Assembly: GCA_964247055.1 (NCBI GenBank)
Contig: OZ176054.1
Location: forward strand, 6,448,001-6,512,000
Origin: Paragordius varius
Lineage: Eukaryota > Animalia > Nematomorpha
Reading direction: 5' to 3'
Length of the DNA stretch: 64,000 bases
Positions 37,815 to 50,976 of this stretch are shown here, one piece after another. The position numbers and the translations under genes were made by a program. How positions within the stretch are numbered: the stretch's first letter is position 1; every line of letters begins with the position of its first letter. Under the pieces are notes generated by a model. That model did not search any database. It saw only the letters and a list, made by a program, of their open reading frames with translations, and was not told where the DNA came from.

Positions 37815-40800
37815 TTAAATACCTCTAAAAAAATGTAAATGTAAGTTTTCATTACCCCCACTTCCACTTCCACTTGCTGCGTGTTGTTGTTCATGCATAG
37901 GCGTTTGTCCACCCCCAGTCAAGAACCCACCACCTGGCGTGTGCATAGGTGTTTGATTCCCTAAGCCCGCGGAATGCATTGGCGTTTGACCGCCGAAAGG
38001 CATCATCATGGGTGTAGCGGAACCGGGTTGTTGGCCAGTACCAGCTGCTGAGTTGGTGTGCATAGGCGTAGCTGCACCATACAGGGGCGTCTTTCCACTC
38101 CCCATCATTCCATACATGGGTGTTTGACCGCCCATCATAGGTGTTCGCCCATACACTGAACCACCACGGCCATCAGCCATGGGTGTAGCACCACCCATAC
38201 CACCAACACCCCCTAAACCACCTAGGTTGCGACCCCTGGGGAATGGATGGAATATAATATTTAGATTTAGTTATAAGTCGATCAAAACATAGCAACTTAA
38301 TGATCTTTTTTGAATCATCAAATTATTTTAAACCATCTTTTGATGGGATACAAAACAAATGTTTTTGCATTTAATGACAAAGGTAAAATTTATCAATAGA
38401 ATAGTAATTTTTCAAGTAAAAAAAGGCAAGTATTCTAAAACAACTCTTTTTCTTAAGATAGATTTTGTTGTATATAATTAATTTTGAACGTATTAACAAG
38501 GTATAAAAAGAAAGATGTAAGAGATGGAAAAAAACTACTTGTACAAAAATAAATTTTTATTAACAAAAAAATAATATTATTTTGGGCCTTTATGTTAAAA
38601 AATATGACTTTTAACCTATTTTTTTACTTTAAATATAAAAACCCGTAAATAACTATTTTAACTTAATAAATTTAAACCAATTTTCAATAAAGTTACCATT
38701 AAATTATACAAAAAAATCTTACGATATATTGGCTATTCGACATCTGTCTACACTTATAGTTTGACAATTGCTGTGCAATTCAACTCTTGCAGTTGATTCG
38801 GTAGCATCCTTAACAATTCCCATGTATCCTAATTAAAACATATAATTTTTATGATTCGCAAATCGTTTATTTTCTTCTTCCCCTAAAAATATCAACGCAA
38901 ATGACAAATAAGTTAAAAATATACGATAAAGAATAACTTGCGATGCAATTTTTAATTTGTTTTTATTAAAATTTTCCATAGAGTCAAAACGAAAATCAAT
39001 ATTGTCCAACATTGACACAATTAATTCCAACCCTTTCATTAACTTAACCCTGTATTACATTTATCAAATATAAGTATCTAATCTTTATTTTTGTAAGAAC
39101 GACCGCTGCCTATTTTAATATATCTGTATACATTTGAATAATATTTTTTTCATTTACTAAAATTACTCTGGATATGGTGGAGTAAAATTTAGTAAAACAA
39201 TTTTTATATAAAATGTTAATCAACGTACCTTTGTAAGGACCGCTAGTTATTTTAACCGTTTGTCCAATGAGTGTTTGATCCCGCGTCGTAGTTCTATGGG
39301 CCGTAAACCGTTTTGGGCCATAATGAGGGGTGTGGGAACCGCCACCACCACCTGGAGTCATTCCAGGAGAAATCATGGCGCTGTTTGGAGTCAGGGTGGA
39401 ACCATCCTAAAACAATCAAATACTTTTTCATGGACATTTGAATAAATTGATGAGTAAGAAAAAATAAGTTAGTTAAACATTAATTTGTGTGCCTTGAATA
39501 TTGCTGTTTTGATTAGATAAATAAATTATTTTAAAAGTGTGTTTAGACAAATAATTAATGAATAAAATACATAATATGATGATAGGGAAACTATGGATAT
39601 GTTGAAAGGGAAAAAAAATAAAAAAGTGATTTGCAGAGCATTTCACTAAAGAGTAAAGGTAAGTAAAAAACCCCTCTTCCTAAAAAAATCTAGGTTTTAA
39701 TCAATGTAGATTATTGATGAATTTTAAAAAAAGTATGAATATATGAACCATAATATCTAGTCTATAAAATATTTAATAATCGATATAGCAGAAAGCATAA
39801 AATAGTAGAATTGGTATAAACTTAAATATTTCAAAGTTTCTAATAACTAATGGGATATTATTTAGTTTAAAATTTAAATTTTTTGGAGATCAGCAATGCA
39901 AAATTTTATTGAAAAACTTAAGTTAGTTACCAAATCATTTCCCCGTTGTGGACTTGGCGCTATACGTGGTGACATTGGAACAAAAGTTGAGGTTAGTGAA
40001 CCAAACGGATCATCGTCCCGTTCTACTGGCTGGTAATAAAATATTTTTAATAAGATTAGATATATATGGTGAAAAATAAGCTTGTAATAACTACAAAGAC
40101 TGTGGTATATTTATATATTAACCTATATGTCACGGTGTCATATATGCGTAAATTTCATATTTTTTTACATATCTAATCAAAGAAATTATTATAAATCAAA
40201 ATTTATGAAATATAAATTATATTTGTTTTAGACATGTTAAAAGATATATTTACGAAAAATTGGTAAAAAGGTAATATATCATAAGAGAAATAAATACCTT
40301 TTGCATTCCACCAACCAATGCCAAATGTTTTGCTCGACACAAAAAAATACCACCAGATTCAGTGTGTAACCTGGAATGGAGGAATACAAAATTACGAAAA
40401 ACGTGTTGAATGGTCCCTTCCTTGCCCTATAAAATGAAAAAAAAATCATTCTATTATATCAATATATGAATGATTATGCAAAGAATTCATCATAATTTAT
40501 TGCCAACAATTAATCAATAACTTTTGGTGTTTTTAATAAAAAAAAAACCAAAAAATCAAAATTTCGGTTCTAAACAATGTTATAAAAAACAGGGATTCAG
40601 ATATATTTGACCTAAATATCTTATAGGTCATGAAAAACAAAAATTTCGGTCCAGTATATAATTGGTTTCGCCCCGGGTCAAAACCAATTATCTTCAATTT
40701 TCCACCTTCTAAACACAAAATTATTTGGCCCTTTTTGTATGAAAATAATATAAAGACAATAATTTTATTTACTGCATGGGGTCCTTCCACGACTTTAACC

Positions 40801-43800
40801 AAGTCTCTAGCCTGTAACCTATTTTGGCAAGAATCCAAACATATGGCCCGTGAAGTATCGCGTTTTTTAAGCAAAGCTTGTGGTTTAACACGTACAACTT
40901 TGCCTGCTGTGTTGAGGATTTGAAATACCTCTTTTTCTATTCGTACGATAACACCCACATTTTGAGGACTAAAAAGCGATTTTAAAATACGTAAAATTTA
41001 GTTTTTTATTGGCAAAATAATAAAAAAAAACATTTTCCCATTAACACTGTTTAAGGTCACCTATATAAAGGCTTTCAATTTCGTTATCAAATATCCATAA
41101 ATTTACTCAAATACAAATTCCAAATTTGCGTTTTACTTATTTTAAATTGTTTTCTACATTTTTTTGTTTATACATATCAAAATTATGAATAAAAAGTTTT
41201 TATCTTCAAATTATAATTTTTTATAAAAAGTAAATAAAGCACTGCTTAATAAAATTATTTATAAAATTTAACTAAAAAAGATATACTCCAAATGTACTAA
41301 ATCACCCAAGGCATATTGTCCAAGAACATCAGAACTTCGATGGGCAGTTTCCCGGCTAAGTTGCAAATCTTTGGGTAGGACTTTGCATTCATGCATAGTC
41401 AAGTCGGAGAGGAGAACAATAGTATTTTCTTCAACGCTAATAACTAAACCAGTGTCACCTTCAAAGCGTCCATTTAAAACCTAATATCAAAATTTATGAT
41501 CAATATTATGAGATGTTATATCAAAAATTTATGATATTCTATAGAGTAAAAGTCTAAAAAAGCGTAAAGCATGTAAATTAAAGGTAATATATAATGATCA
41601 AATCATATGGTTTACAAGAAAAATTAAAAAAAATATGACTCTTTTTATACGTTTTAAACTTTATTGTATATTATTATTTATCCGTAAACTATACAAGCTT
41701 CCTTAGTTTCAAGCTTAAAATACACCACTTTCAGATCGCTTGTATTATAATATTTTAATTCAACATACAGTATGCAATATTCTAGTCCTGAAATTTTATG
41801 CAAAAAGTTTGCCCATACCTTAACATGATCCCCAACTTTAAAGAATTTTTTTAGTTCATGAGCTTGGAAATTGAGTAAATCCTTCAATTCCTCATGGTCG
41901 GGTTGGATAGTTATTGTACTTCCATCAATACTAACCACCTTACCTTGCAGGTATAATAGATCACCTTCCGTCACTTGAACCGCATCTCCAGGTGCAAAAC
42001 TATATTATTTTTATAATAAAATAAAAAAAACCATTTTTTTAAACTTATTTAAATATAAAATTATTGTTTTGGGGTAAAACATCATTTTTTTCAAATCCAT
42101 ATAGTATATATATAAAATTAATAAGAAGTCGAAAGAAAGTTAATATATTTTTTAATGAAAAAACCGTATCTTTAAAACCTCAATTTTATTTATTATGACC
42201 TATCGTCAAGATTGCTAACTAAGGAATGGAAATTTGATTCAATACATTTTAATTTATAGTTTAAGATAATAAAGATAAATTCAAAGATCAGAAGTATTTA
42301 GTTTTTTTTTAAAAAAATATTTGTCTTTTATATTTATATAGTTTATTCGTTATAGTTTATTTTTAAATTTTATTTAATTAAATATACTTACTTATGCATG
42401 TCAAGTAATTGGTGAGGAGCTTTAATGGTTATATCTTCAATCTTCCCGGCATGGTCTTCGAATTTTTCCAATTCATTAAGAGTTGGTACTATTCCTATAT
42501 AAGGGGAGGCGCAAAAAGTGAATAATATAATTTAGAAATTCAAAATTTTGATGAAAATATGCCATTTACAATTCAAATTCACCCTTGAACAATTCAAAAC
42601 CCATTTACAATTCAAATTCACCCTTAAACAATTCAAATTCACCCTAAAAATAAATTATGTGTTTTCGGGCTAATATTACTCATGATTAATAAGAAATATA
42701 TTCTAATCGCATAGTTTAGTATTTTTTCAGTATTATACTAATTTTAAACGTATTTTCATTTTTTAAAAATGTAAAAAAGATATAGGAAATTTTTAATCTT
42801 AAAAATACATAATTTATTTTTAGGGTTTTGAATTGTTCGAGGGTGAATTTGAATTGTTCGAGGTTTAAATTGTTTAAGGGTGAATTTGAACTGTAAATGG
42901 TATATATATGGATGAAATATTAAATACCATCGGCTACTATGGCTGATATGTTGAAATTTTTGAATAGAAATCCACGTTTGTTGTATCTAAATACAAAAAA
43001 TATTAAATAATATATTTTATCTATGTATAATTAGCGTCGCAAGGTAGCACAAAATCACTTGATTTAAAATTGATAAATAAGATAGACTAATATAATATTA
43101 TTATAAAAATGGTTATTTAAAATCCATGAAACCATGTAAAATAAGAATTATTATTTAATATTATATCCATTTTAATGACCAAAATGAAAGTTTGTCATTT
43201 AGCATATTAGCTAAATCCAAACCCTATATTTAATGGTTTAACGCAATAACAAAAGATTAAAAACGCAATTGGGAATAGCCGTATGTTCAATTGATTATAA
43301 ACCAATCACAAATCTCCTCACATATATTGAATATAAATTATAATTCAAATTTATTTTATATAACAAATATGCTAGACTTTCCACAAGACCGCAACAAAAA
43401 ATATTTTTAGATATGTAAAATATCCTAAAACTTTTATAAATACTAATATTTTTTACTCAAGATGTATATAACACAGTTTTTAATATAATTTACATATGCA
43501 ATCTATATAGACCAAAGCCACACAAATTTGTATATAAATAACTGATATTGTTAAAACATTATTATAAATTAGGGAAATTTAAAAATACAATGTGAGTAAT
43601 GATACATTACTAATTTATTATTGATTATTGTCAGATAGCATGTAAGGTAAAATTCCGCAAAATTTAATGAAGAGCTAGCAATATATATTTAGTGACACTG
43701 TAATTACATTTTTCCAAAATATACAACTAAATAACCTATTCCCTTCAAACACATAGTAATCTCCATCGGTTGAAACTTCGCCACCAATAGCTTTTATGGC

Positions 43801-46800
43801 ATCGAGATCAAAAAGTTTAGCGGGCGGTCTTTTACCCCCAAAAGCACCAAAGGCACCTAATAGACAATGTGAAGTAAATGTAAAATATTATATTAATTAA
43901 CTTTCCAACAATAATAATTTGCAATAGATATATATGTTTATTATCAAACGAAGCAAGATAATTTTTGAATAAGCATGTGAGGTTAGAAATATACATTATT
44001 TAAGGTAAATGCATATTATTCAAATTTAAGGTAAAACATATATATAATGTAAAATTTAATTATTTTTCTTCTAAAAGTTTAAAATGTAAGATTGGGCACA
44101 AAATAATGATTACAGTAAAAATTAAAATTATTCAGACAAAATGCAAAAACTAAAAGCCAAATAAATATATTTTAATAAATGACAATCATCTATTTTAAAC
44201 CTTAGTTGAAATTTGTTGTTATGTGTCGCATAATGTTTGAATACACACTCATTTACTTATTTTACAATTGTAATCCTCAAAGTTTTTAAAAGCGTGGTTG
44301 CACTAACAAAAAAATATATATTGACCTTTTGATTTTACGGTGTGTCGGTATAATTTTAATTTTTACCGTAAATCAAAAACAAAAGTACTGACCCCATTTC
44401 TTTTTCCCATCGGGCCCAACAGAATTTTGCTGGGATGCGGAATCTGTTGAGGCGTTTAAATGGCGTAAGACACCTCTATATCTTCCATAATCAATGCGAG
44501 GCAATAATTTCAAATTTACCTATCCATATCCATTTATGTATATAAAATATAATTATTGCTTTTAGCAATTATGTGTACTTATAAAAAATATGGTTAATAT
44601 TATTTAAGCTATTTTTATTTGTTATCATGAAACTCAATTTTTGTCAAAAGGTATAATGTCATGGTTACCTCATACTTAACAAGAGTGTTTTATCCATTAA
44701 TGGCAAATTTATTAAGAAATACACTACACATTTAAATAGCATCTCTGCGTAAAAAACTTATATTAATTCAGCTTAATATATGTGTTTATATTGTAATTAA
44801 CGAAAAAGTCGAAAATCTTTTAAAAATTATAATTTACAATAATAATAATGTCATTAATCACTTACATATACTAAACTAAACAAAAATATGTAATGAATGA
44901 AATAAAAAAATAAAATGTAACCATATTCTGAGCAGATTCGACATAATTAACTTGGGCAATATCGTCTCGATACACACCGCGTTTAAGTCGAACCCATGTT
45001 TTGGGTTTAAGCGTGCCTACCTCCTTAACAACTTTCAAAACATCTACCATTTCATTTATGGGAACCATCTACATAAAAAATAATTTTGTTATAAATTTTT
45101 TTTACGTTTGTTGACAAAGTATTTACCAGTAAACGAAAATTAAGTCTTAAATGAATTTTGAATAATTTACACCATTCTATAATAATATAAATTATAGTAA
45201 GGATGATGAAATTTTGACATTGTGTAAGAAATTTAAAAACCAAAATATAACATAAAACATAAATAAAAAGTTTAGTTGGATTTCATATATAATCATATGA
45301 GTAAGAACCTAAATTCATTAACAATTTTTATTTGAATTTTATCAGATAAATTTAATTATCAACAAAATGTATACCTTTTGTTTCCATTGTCCCATCCGTA
45401 AATTACCAATATCCTGTAAGGCTTGTTTAACTTGACTTTGTTTAAATGATTCAATGTAAATGTATCCTTTAAGCCCTTCTTTACAAATCACTGAGGTTAT
45501 TTGTAAAGGCTAAATATTTTTTTATAAAATTTAACCATATATTAAATAACCTAATATATACCATTTACAATTCAAATTCATCCTTAAACAATTGAAATTC
45601 ACCCTGGAACAATTTTAATTCACCCTTAAATAAATTACGTTTTTAAAAAATTACCCATATTTTTTTATATTTTTAAAAAATTGAAACTCTGTATAAAATC
45701 AAAATAATACCGAAAAAATAATAATCTAAGCCACAAAGACATATTTTTATTAATAATGAATTATATTAGTTCGAAAACACATAATTTATTTTTAGGGTGA
45801 ATTTGAACTGTAGGTGTATCCTAAGAATATAAGTATGATTATGTATTTTTACCTTTTAACCGAAAACTATTCCAAATTAAAGTCCTCAGGAAAAATATTT
45901 CTAAATTTTTTTTAAATTAAATTTGTCAAACAAAAACCTCATCTGTGAATTGATAAGCTATAAATTTGCGCATAAGTTGTACAACGGTGGCTTTTTCTTC
46001 CCCAATACGACATTTAACCATCCAAAGATTAGGGTCTCTAATGATGTTATTAGGCCACACATTAAAAAAAATAAATTAAAATTATCATTATTAACCAAAT
46101 ATTTAAAAATCAAACTTTTAACACTAATTTAATTAAATAGAGACGACATAACATAAAATGTAAAAGATTAGTATTTTTTAATAGACAAAACCATATTTTT
46201 ATTAATTGTGATTTTTAATATTTCTACCTATATGATTAAAATAAAATATAAAATTAATCGTATAACACCATTTTGAATTTCTATTCATTTGTTTGCAACC
46301 CCCAACTAAGATAGTATAAAAAAGCGTGTTTATATAATAAAATTGATGTTTTACAGACAAAGCCAATAACTAAAAGGCCAATCTTTATTTAAAAAAAACA
46401 AGTAACCTCTATATTTATTTATATATATATCTACCCATAAGGAAATGGAGATATAAATTACTTAATTATATATATATTATATATATTATAAAATTTATGT
46501 AGCAAACATCAAGGTATAAAAAATGAAAGTTTGTCTTAAAATATCCTTACGTTTTATCTGTTAAATTTTCAATTTTCCTGTAAATATATTTTCTTTTTAT
46601 ATCTTAAATTTTTTTTATCGGTGTATTAAAATAAAAACTTGATTCCAGGCAGCAATCCTTGATGAGTTATGTCTTCAGACAAAGCTTCATCCCCTTCGCC
46701 ATATTTATCGTAATGACTCGTTTCAGCATACTTTCGCCGATAATACTCTTCAATTTCATCCTCCTTTTGACTAAAAAATTGCAAAATATATATATTTTAT

Positions 46801-48732
46801 ATTAATTTATTGGATTATGCATGCTTATTTGTTGAAATATACCCTTTTTTTAACACAAATAATTTAAACTATAATGAGGCATCAAAACTTGGTAGTTGAG
46901 TATAAAAAAAGGTACTCTATTGAAATGGATGGAATTCAAAACTAACCATTTAACTACAAGTTGATTTCATTTCAAGAAGGTTTAAAAGCAATTTATTTAA
47001 CATAAAATTTAAACTAAAAAAATAGTTTATACAGGGAGAAAAATGACTGTTTTAAACTACTATTTAAGCATAAAAACCAAAAACTAACAAAAGACGACTA
47101 TAAGTCTGTTTTAACTGTATTTTAGCATCGAATAAATTAAAAAAAATGCAAGTTATAATATAAAAAAATAGTTTTTAAAAATGGGGTAAAACAATAAAAA
47201 ATAAAACAACGTATTCAAATTAACAATAATTCAGTTTTAACTGTACATGACATAAGAAAAGTTAGTTTTATCAATATATATATATATATATATATAGGAA
47301 GAAACTGTAGTTAAACAGTTTTAACTGTATTTTTTTTACTAATCCAAAAGTTTAAAACAAAATTTACTTGAGCATATGTGCAAGCCGGCGAGAACCTTCG
47401 GCATCTCGTGCCGTGTTCTCACCACTAACCGAACGTTGATCAATCAAATCTTCGGCGCCCTCTTCCCATTCCTCTTCTTCTTCGCCTTCCTCATCCACCT
47501 CTAAAGATATTTAAGGTATTTCGTTAAAAAAAAATTTGAGTAAAAACCAATTTTTAAAATGTTTTTTCTTTACATTTTTTGCGGTTATATCGGGAAACGG
47601 TTTTTTTTATGTAAAGATATAAAATCGATTTCTTAAGCCATACTTATGCTATGCTATAAAAGAATAGTTTTTCTGGTTTTGCCCATAAACCAGGGTACAT
47701 TGTCTGTGTAGTGACTGTTTTAAAATCAATCATTTGTAAAATGCATCGTTTATATACGGTATAAATTAATATCTAATTTTAAATTTTAGCACCCTAATAG
47801 TTTAATTTATATAAAAAATGTATTACTTTATCTATATAGAATAAACCTTACCCCATAAGACCCTTTTTGTAAAAAATACATAGCTCATGATCGATTATTT
47901 CTTTTTGAGAAAAGTAAAATTATTTAAAGAAATTTTAAAATATTAAGTCGTTTTCCAATAATATATTTGGTTTAATAATATTATACAAAAGTATTAAAAA
48001 ATCATTCAAAATCATTTTATGGCTTACAAGAGCTTAAAATACCTAAGTTACATATTTATTAGGTGTGAGGGTACGCTTGACTTTACACGATAATAACTCA
48101 AAACTAAACCACCCTAGTAATATAAAAAAGCAAGATAATAAGCATAAGTTTTGTTTACAGGATAGCTTTATATATTGAAAACTTTATTTAAGCGAGGTAC
48201 TTTACTGTAATAAATATTTAGTTGTAGTCACACATTTAAAAAAACTAATTGAAAAAAAATATCAATACCGGCTTCATCCAAGATAAATCCCCCAAAACGC
48301 GGTTTTTTCCGTTTATGTTTTTCTCCGTTATTTCCGGTTCCGCTTTCTTCGTCCTCATCGTCTTCCTCCTCGTCATACTCTTCATTATCATTGACTTCAA
48401 GATCGGCTTCGTTTTCCTCATCTAATTCATTCTCTATAAGTTCTTCTGCTTGATCCTTAGAGATAAATTTTACAGACGCATTCAAAATATTTAAACAAGA
48501 AGTAATTATAACTTAAGTGGCTGCTTTATATAATAAAAGTTGTGGTAAAGAGCATTATTGGTTATATAAAAAAGTTTTAACTATATTGATGAATGTAATT
48601 TTGATAGACAAAATGGGACAACAAAAAATTCTTATTATATAACATTAAAGTTAAAAAATAAAACTTAAAAACAACTTTATAAAATTCAATAAAATGGAAA
48701 ACCTGGTCGATCTCATCTTCACTTGCAGACAT
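37815..48732 (-). CDS. SUPT5H: Transcription elongation factor SPT5 (DSIF), ~925 aa; 19 exons: 48703-48732, 48269-48455, 47368-47500, 46639-46770, 45938-46037, 45375-45509, 44922-45068, 44393-44519, 43736-43856, 42928-42986, 42392-42494, 41819-41999, 41287-41480, 40773-40968, 40298-40426, 39931-40029, 39229-39406, 38723-38828, 37815-38235
   Basis: Acidic N-terminus; NGN domain ([35 protein letters not shown]); KOW1 ([16 protein letters not shown]); KOW2-5 ([32 protein letters not shown]); TP-repeat CTR. All phases are consistent. The exact 3' end is uncertain. Confidence 0.95.
42560..42902. mobile_element. Foldback-like MITE family, copy A (SPT5 intron)
   Basis: Long TIRs (T)RCCATTTACA...CTGTAAATGGTA with subterminal 21-bp repeats AACAATTCAAATTCACCCTYG. 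Confidence 0.85.
45559..45818. mobile_element. Foldback-like MITE family, copy B (SPT5 intron)
   Basis: TACCATTTACAATTCAAATTC start. The right TIR is degraded (AGGGTGAATTTGAACTGTAGG). Confidence 0.8.
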
Positions 48733-48782
48733 ATGTAACCACGAATGATGGTAACAAAATTTAAATTTATAAAATTTTTGTG
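48733..48782. promoter_or_regulatory. Putative bidirectional promoter between SPT5 and the BAG1-like gene (50 bp ATG to ATG; 87 bp if ATG 48820 is used)
   Basis: Head-to-head start codons at 48732 (-) and 48783 (+). Confidence 0.55.
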
Positions 48783-49534
48783 ATGATCCAAGTTATTTTT
48801 GGTATTATATTATTTGTTAATGTTTAAAGAAAAAATTAAAAACGATTTGAATTGTAAAGATATCCAAAATTTAAAGGACATAGTTGATAAAATAAGCGAA
48901 AAGCATGGACCAATAAAAAATCCAAAGTTTATTTGGAAAGGTAAAAAGCCGAGAATATTATGTATTATAGGCAAAACACTGACTGATCCCAACCTAAACC
49001 TAAATGAATATGGGATACTTGCTGGTTCAAAAGTTTTAATGATTGGAGAAAGAGTTTACTTATCTTAATCTAAGGTCTCTGATGAAGAAAAAATTATTAA
49101 AAAATTGGCCGCAGTTTATGAATCTCACAAAAATTTACAAGCGAAAACACAAAAGCTAGCTAAAGATTCGCAGGCTTTAAATCAAGTTTTACTACTATAT
49201 ATTGCCAGGGCTTTTTGAGCACAAAAATGACTTTAGACCTTTTGAATACCTATAAGAAAAATTATACAACTTATGTAAGTATATGCCAAACGGCGTTGAA
49301 TTCCATAAAAACTATTCCTATAAACGAAACTTATATACGTGCAATCAGTCAAAAACAATTGGCGATTGAAACATTGGTTATTTTAAATAAACAATATAGA
49401 CCAAAACTTTAAAACAATTGGACAATATCAATTATTTATTAGATAAAACTAAGGCCCATGTGAATGAGCCAGTTGAGCAGGCTCATTCACCACTTTTAAT
49501 GATCCAGGTGAATGAGCCTTCCTCATCCTGTTGA
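48783..49534 (+). CDS. BAG1: BAG1-like protein (UBL + divergent BAG domain); exons 48783-48801, 48830-48940, 48971-49053, 49075-49185, 49209-49376, 49400-49534
   Basis: After splicing, the UBL reads KFIWKGKTLTD..L.EYGILAGSKVLMIG, followed by a helical region with the NQGFL motif as in BAG1. The model needs 21-30 nt introns. The start codon (48783 vs 48820) is uncertain. The last 26 codons derive from a transposon. Confidence 0.72.
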
Positions 49535-50930
49535 GATGGAGGAATTTTTAATCCTGGTTTTTTCAGGATTAAGCTTGTTACAAAAGCCGATATCTCGAGA
49601 ACTAGGAAGAATTTTTTGAATCTGCAAACTGTATTAGCCTTAAAAAAGTATATTTAATATATGTATATGGTAGGTTTTGGAAATTTTGGACATGGATTAA
49701 AAAATATTTTTCGGGCATATGCTTACTAAAGGTTAGATGCTTTATTTTTATATATTTAGGCAAGAAATGGTAGTTAGTTCGAGTTTATAAGCAAGTTTAA
49801 CTGAATATTTAGAAAATCATTGTATAACTACTGATATGTTTTTTCAAGAATTTAGAATATGTCATCAAATAATTTTTTTCTCACTTGAAACCATTCTAAA
49901 TGGTAAAATAATCAGGAATACTATCGAGTATTTTAAATTTGGTTTATTTTAGACATGAAACTATGCTATTTACTAATGATAATCGGAGTATTCGGTAATA
50001 CATATTTCTATTAAAGCGATAGGTAACATTGACGAAAATGAGTTAGCAAACTTTTATCAGAAGATCAGACAACACCTATATTGAATAGCCATCAGACAGG
50101 AGTAGATCGGAGAAACAAAATTTGACATAATTTTATTTATAATTTATTTTTACACAATAAATGAATATATTTTATAAATGTATTATTGGTTTGGCTCAGT
50201 TATTAGGATTCCATGGATTAGTTTACGATATATGTCTCTATCATTTGTTGCGTTTCGAGGTATGTTCAAGAATTTAAAGTCTTATTCTATGATTTGAGTT
50301 TAAGTTGTTATAGGCCTCCTTTTTAGGTTAAGAGCAGGTATCTGTAATTTCTTGTGCAGGTGAGTCTATAATGGATCTGTCTATGTGTCCAAAATACCGA
50401 AGTCTATTTGTTCTGATTAAAGCTGTTATTGGTTCTAGTTCAATGGTTGAATTTATCATCATATAGCATTTTGTCTTCCGTTCTTTTCAATCTCGATTCT
50501 AATGTTTTTGTGATTGCCCAATTTAAATATTGATCATTTCTTCGGCTAAAGCCTCCCAGACCTTGAGCTTTTCGTCATTGCAGAATTTATTTACTGATTC
50601 ATAAAGATGCACAGATATCTCGAAATTATTTAGACAAAAATTTAAAACCCGCATATAAATCGCGTGTAACTGTTTTCATTATATTGATAAAAATACAAAA
50701 CAGGCCTTCGCCATTGCTAAAATTCTTACGGTATTCATAAAGATGAATGGATATCTATAAATTATTTGAACAAAATAACCTAAATAGCGCGTAGAACTGT
50801 TATCCATCATACTGATAAAAATTTTCAAAACTCCCACCTCAAAAACTCAATCACCTCCCTCAAACATATGCTTCCTCATAATCCATAATCCGGGTGAGTG
50901 AGCTTGAAAATTGGCTCATTCACATGGCCC
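49453..50930. mobile_element. Non-autonomous PIF/Harbinger-type element, 1478 bp
   Basis: 18-bp TIR GGCCCATGTGAATGAGCC / GGCTCATTCACATGGCCC (17/18). 3-bp TSD TAA at 49450-49452 and 50931-50933. Confidence 0.88.
50170..50530 (-). mobile_element. Degenerate RTE-like LINE 3' fragment nested in the Harbinger element
   Basis: The minus strand reads ..LESRLKRTEDKML..IRTNRLRYFGHIDRS..NATNDRDIYRKLIHG, with stops. Confidence 0.7.
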
Positions 50931-50976
50931 TAAAAGTGATATAACAACAAATAATGTCAAATAAATTTATTTTATT

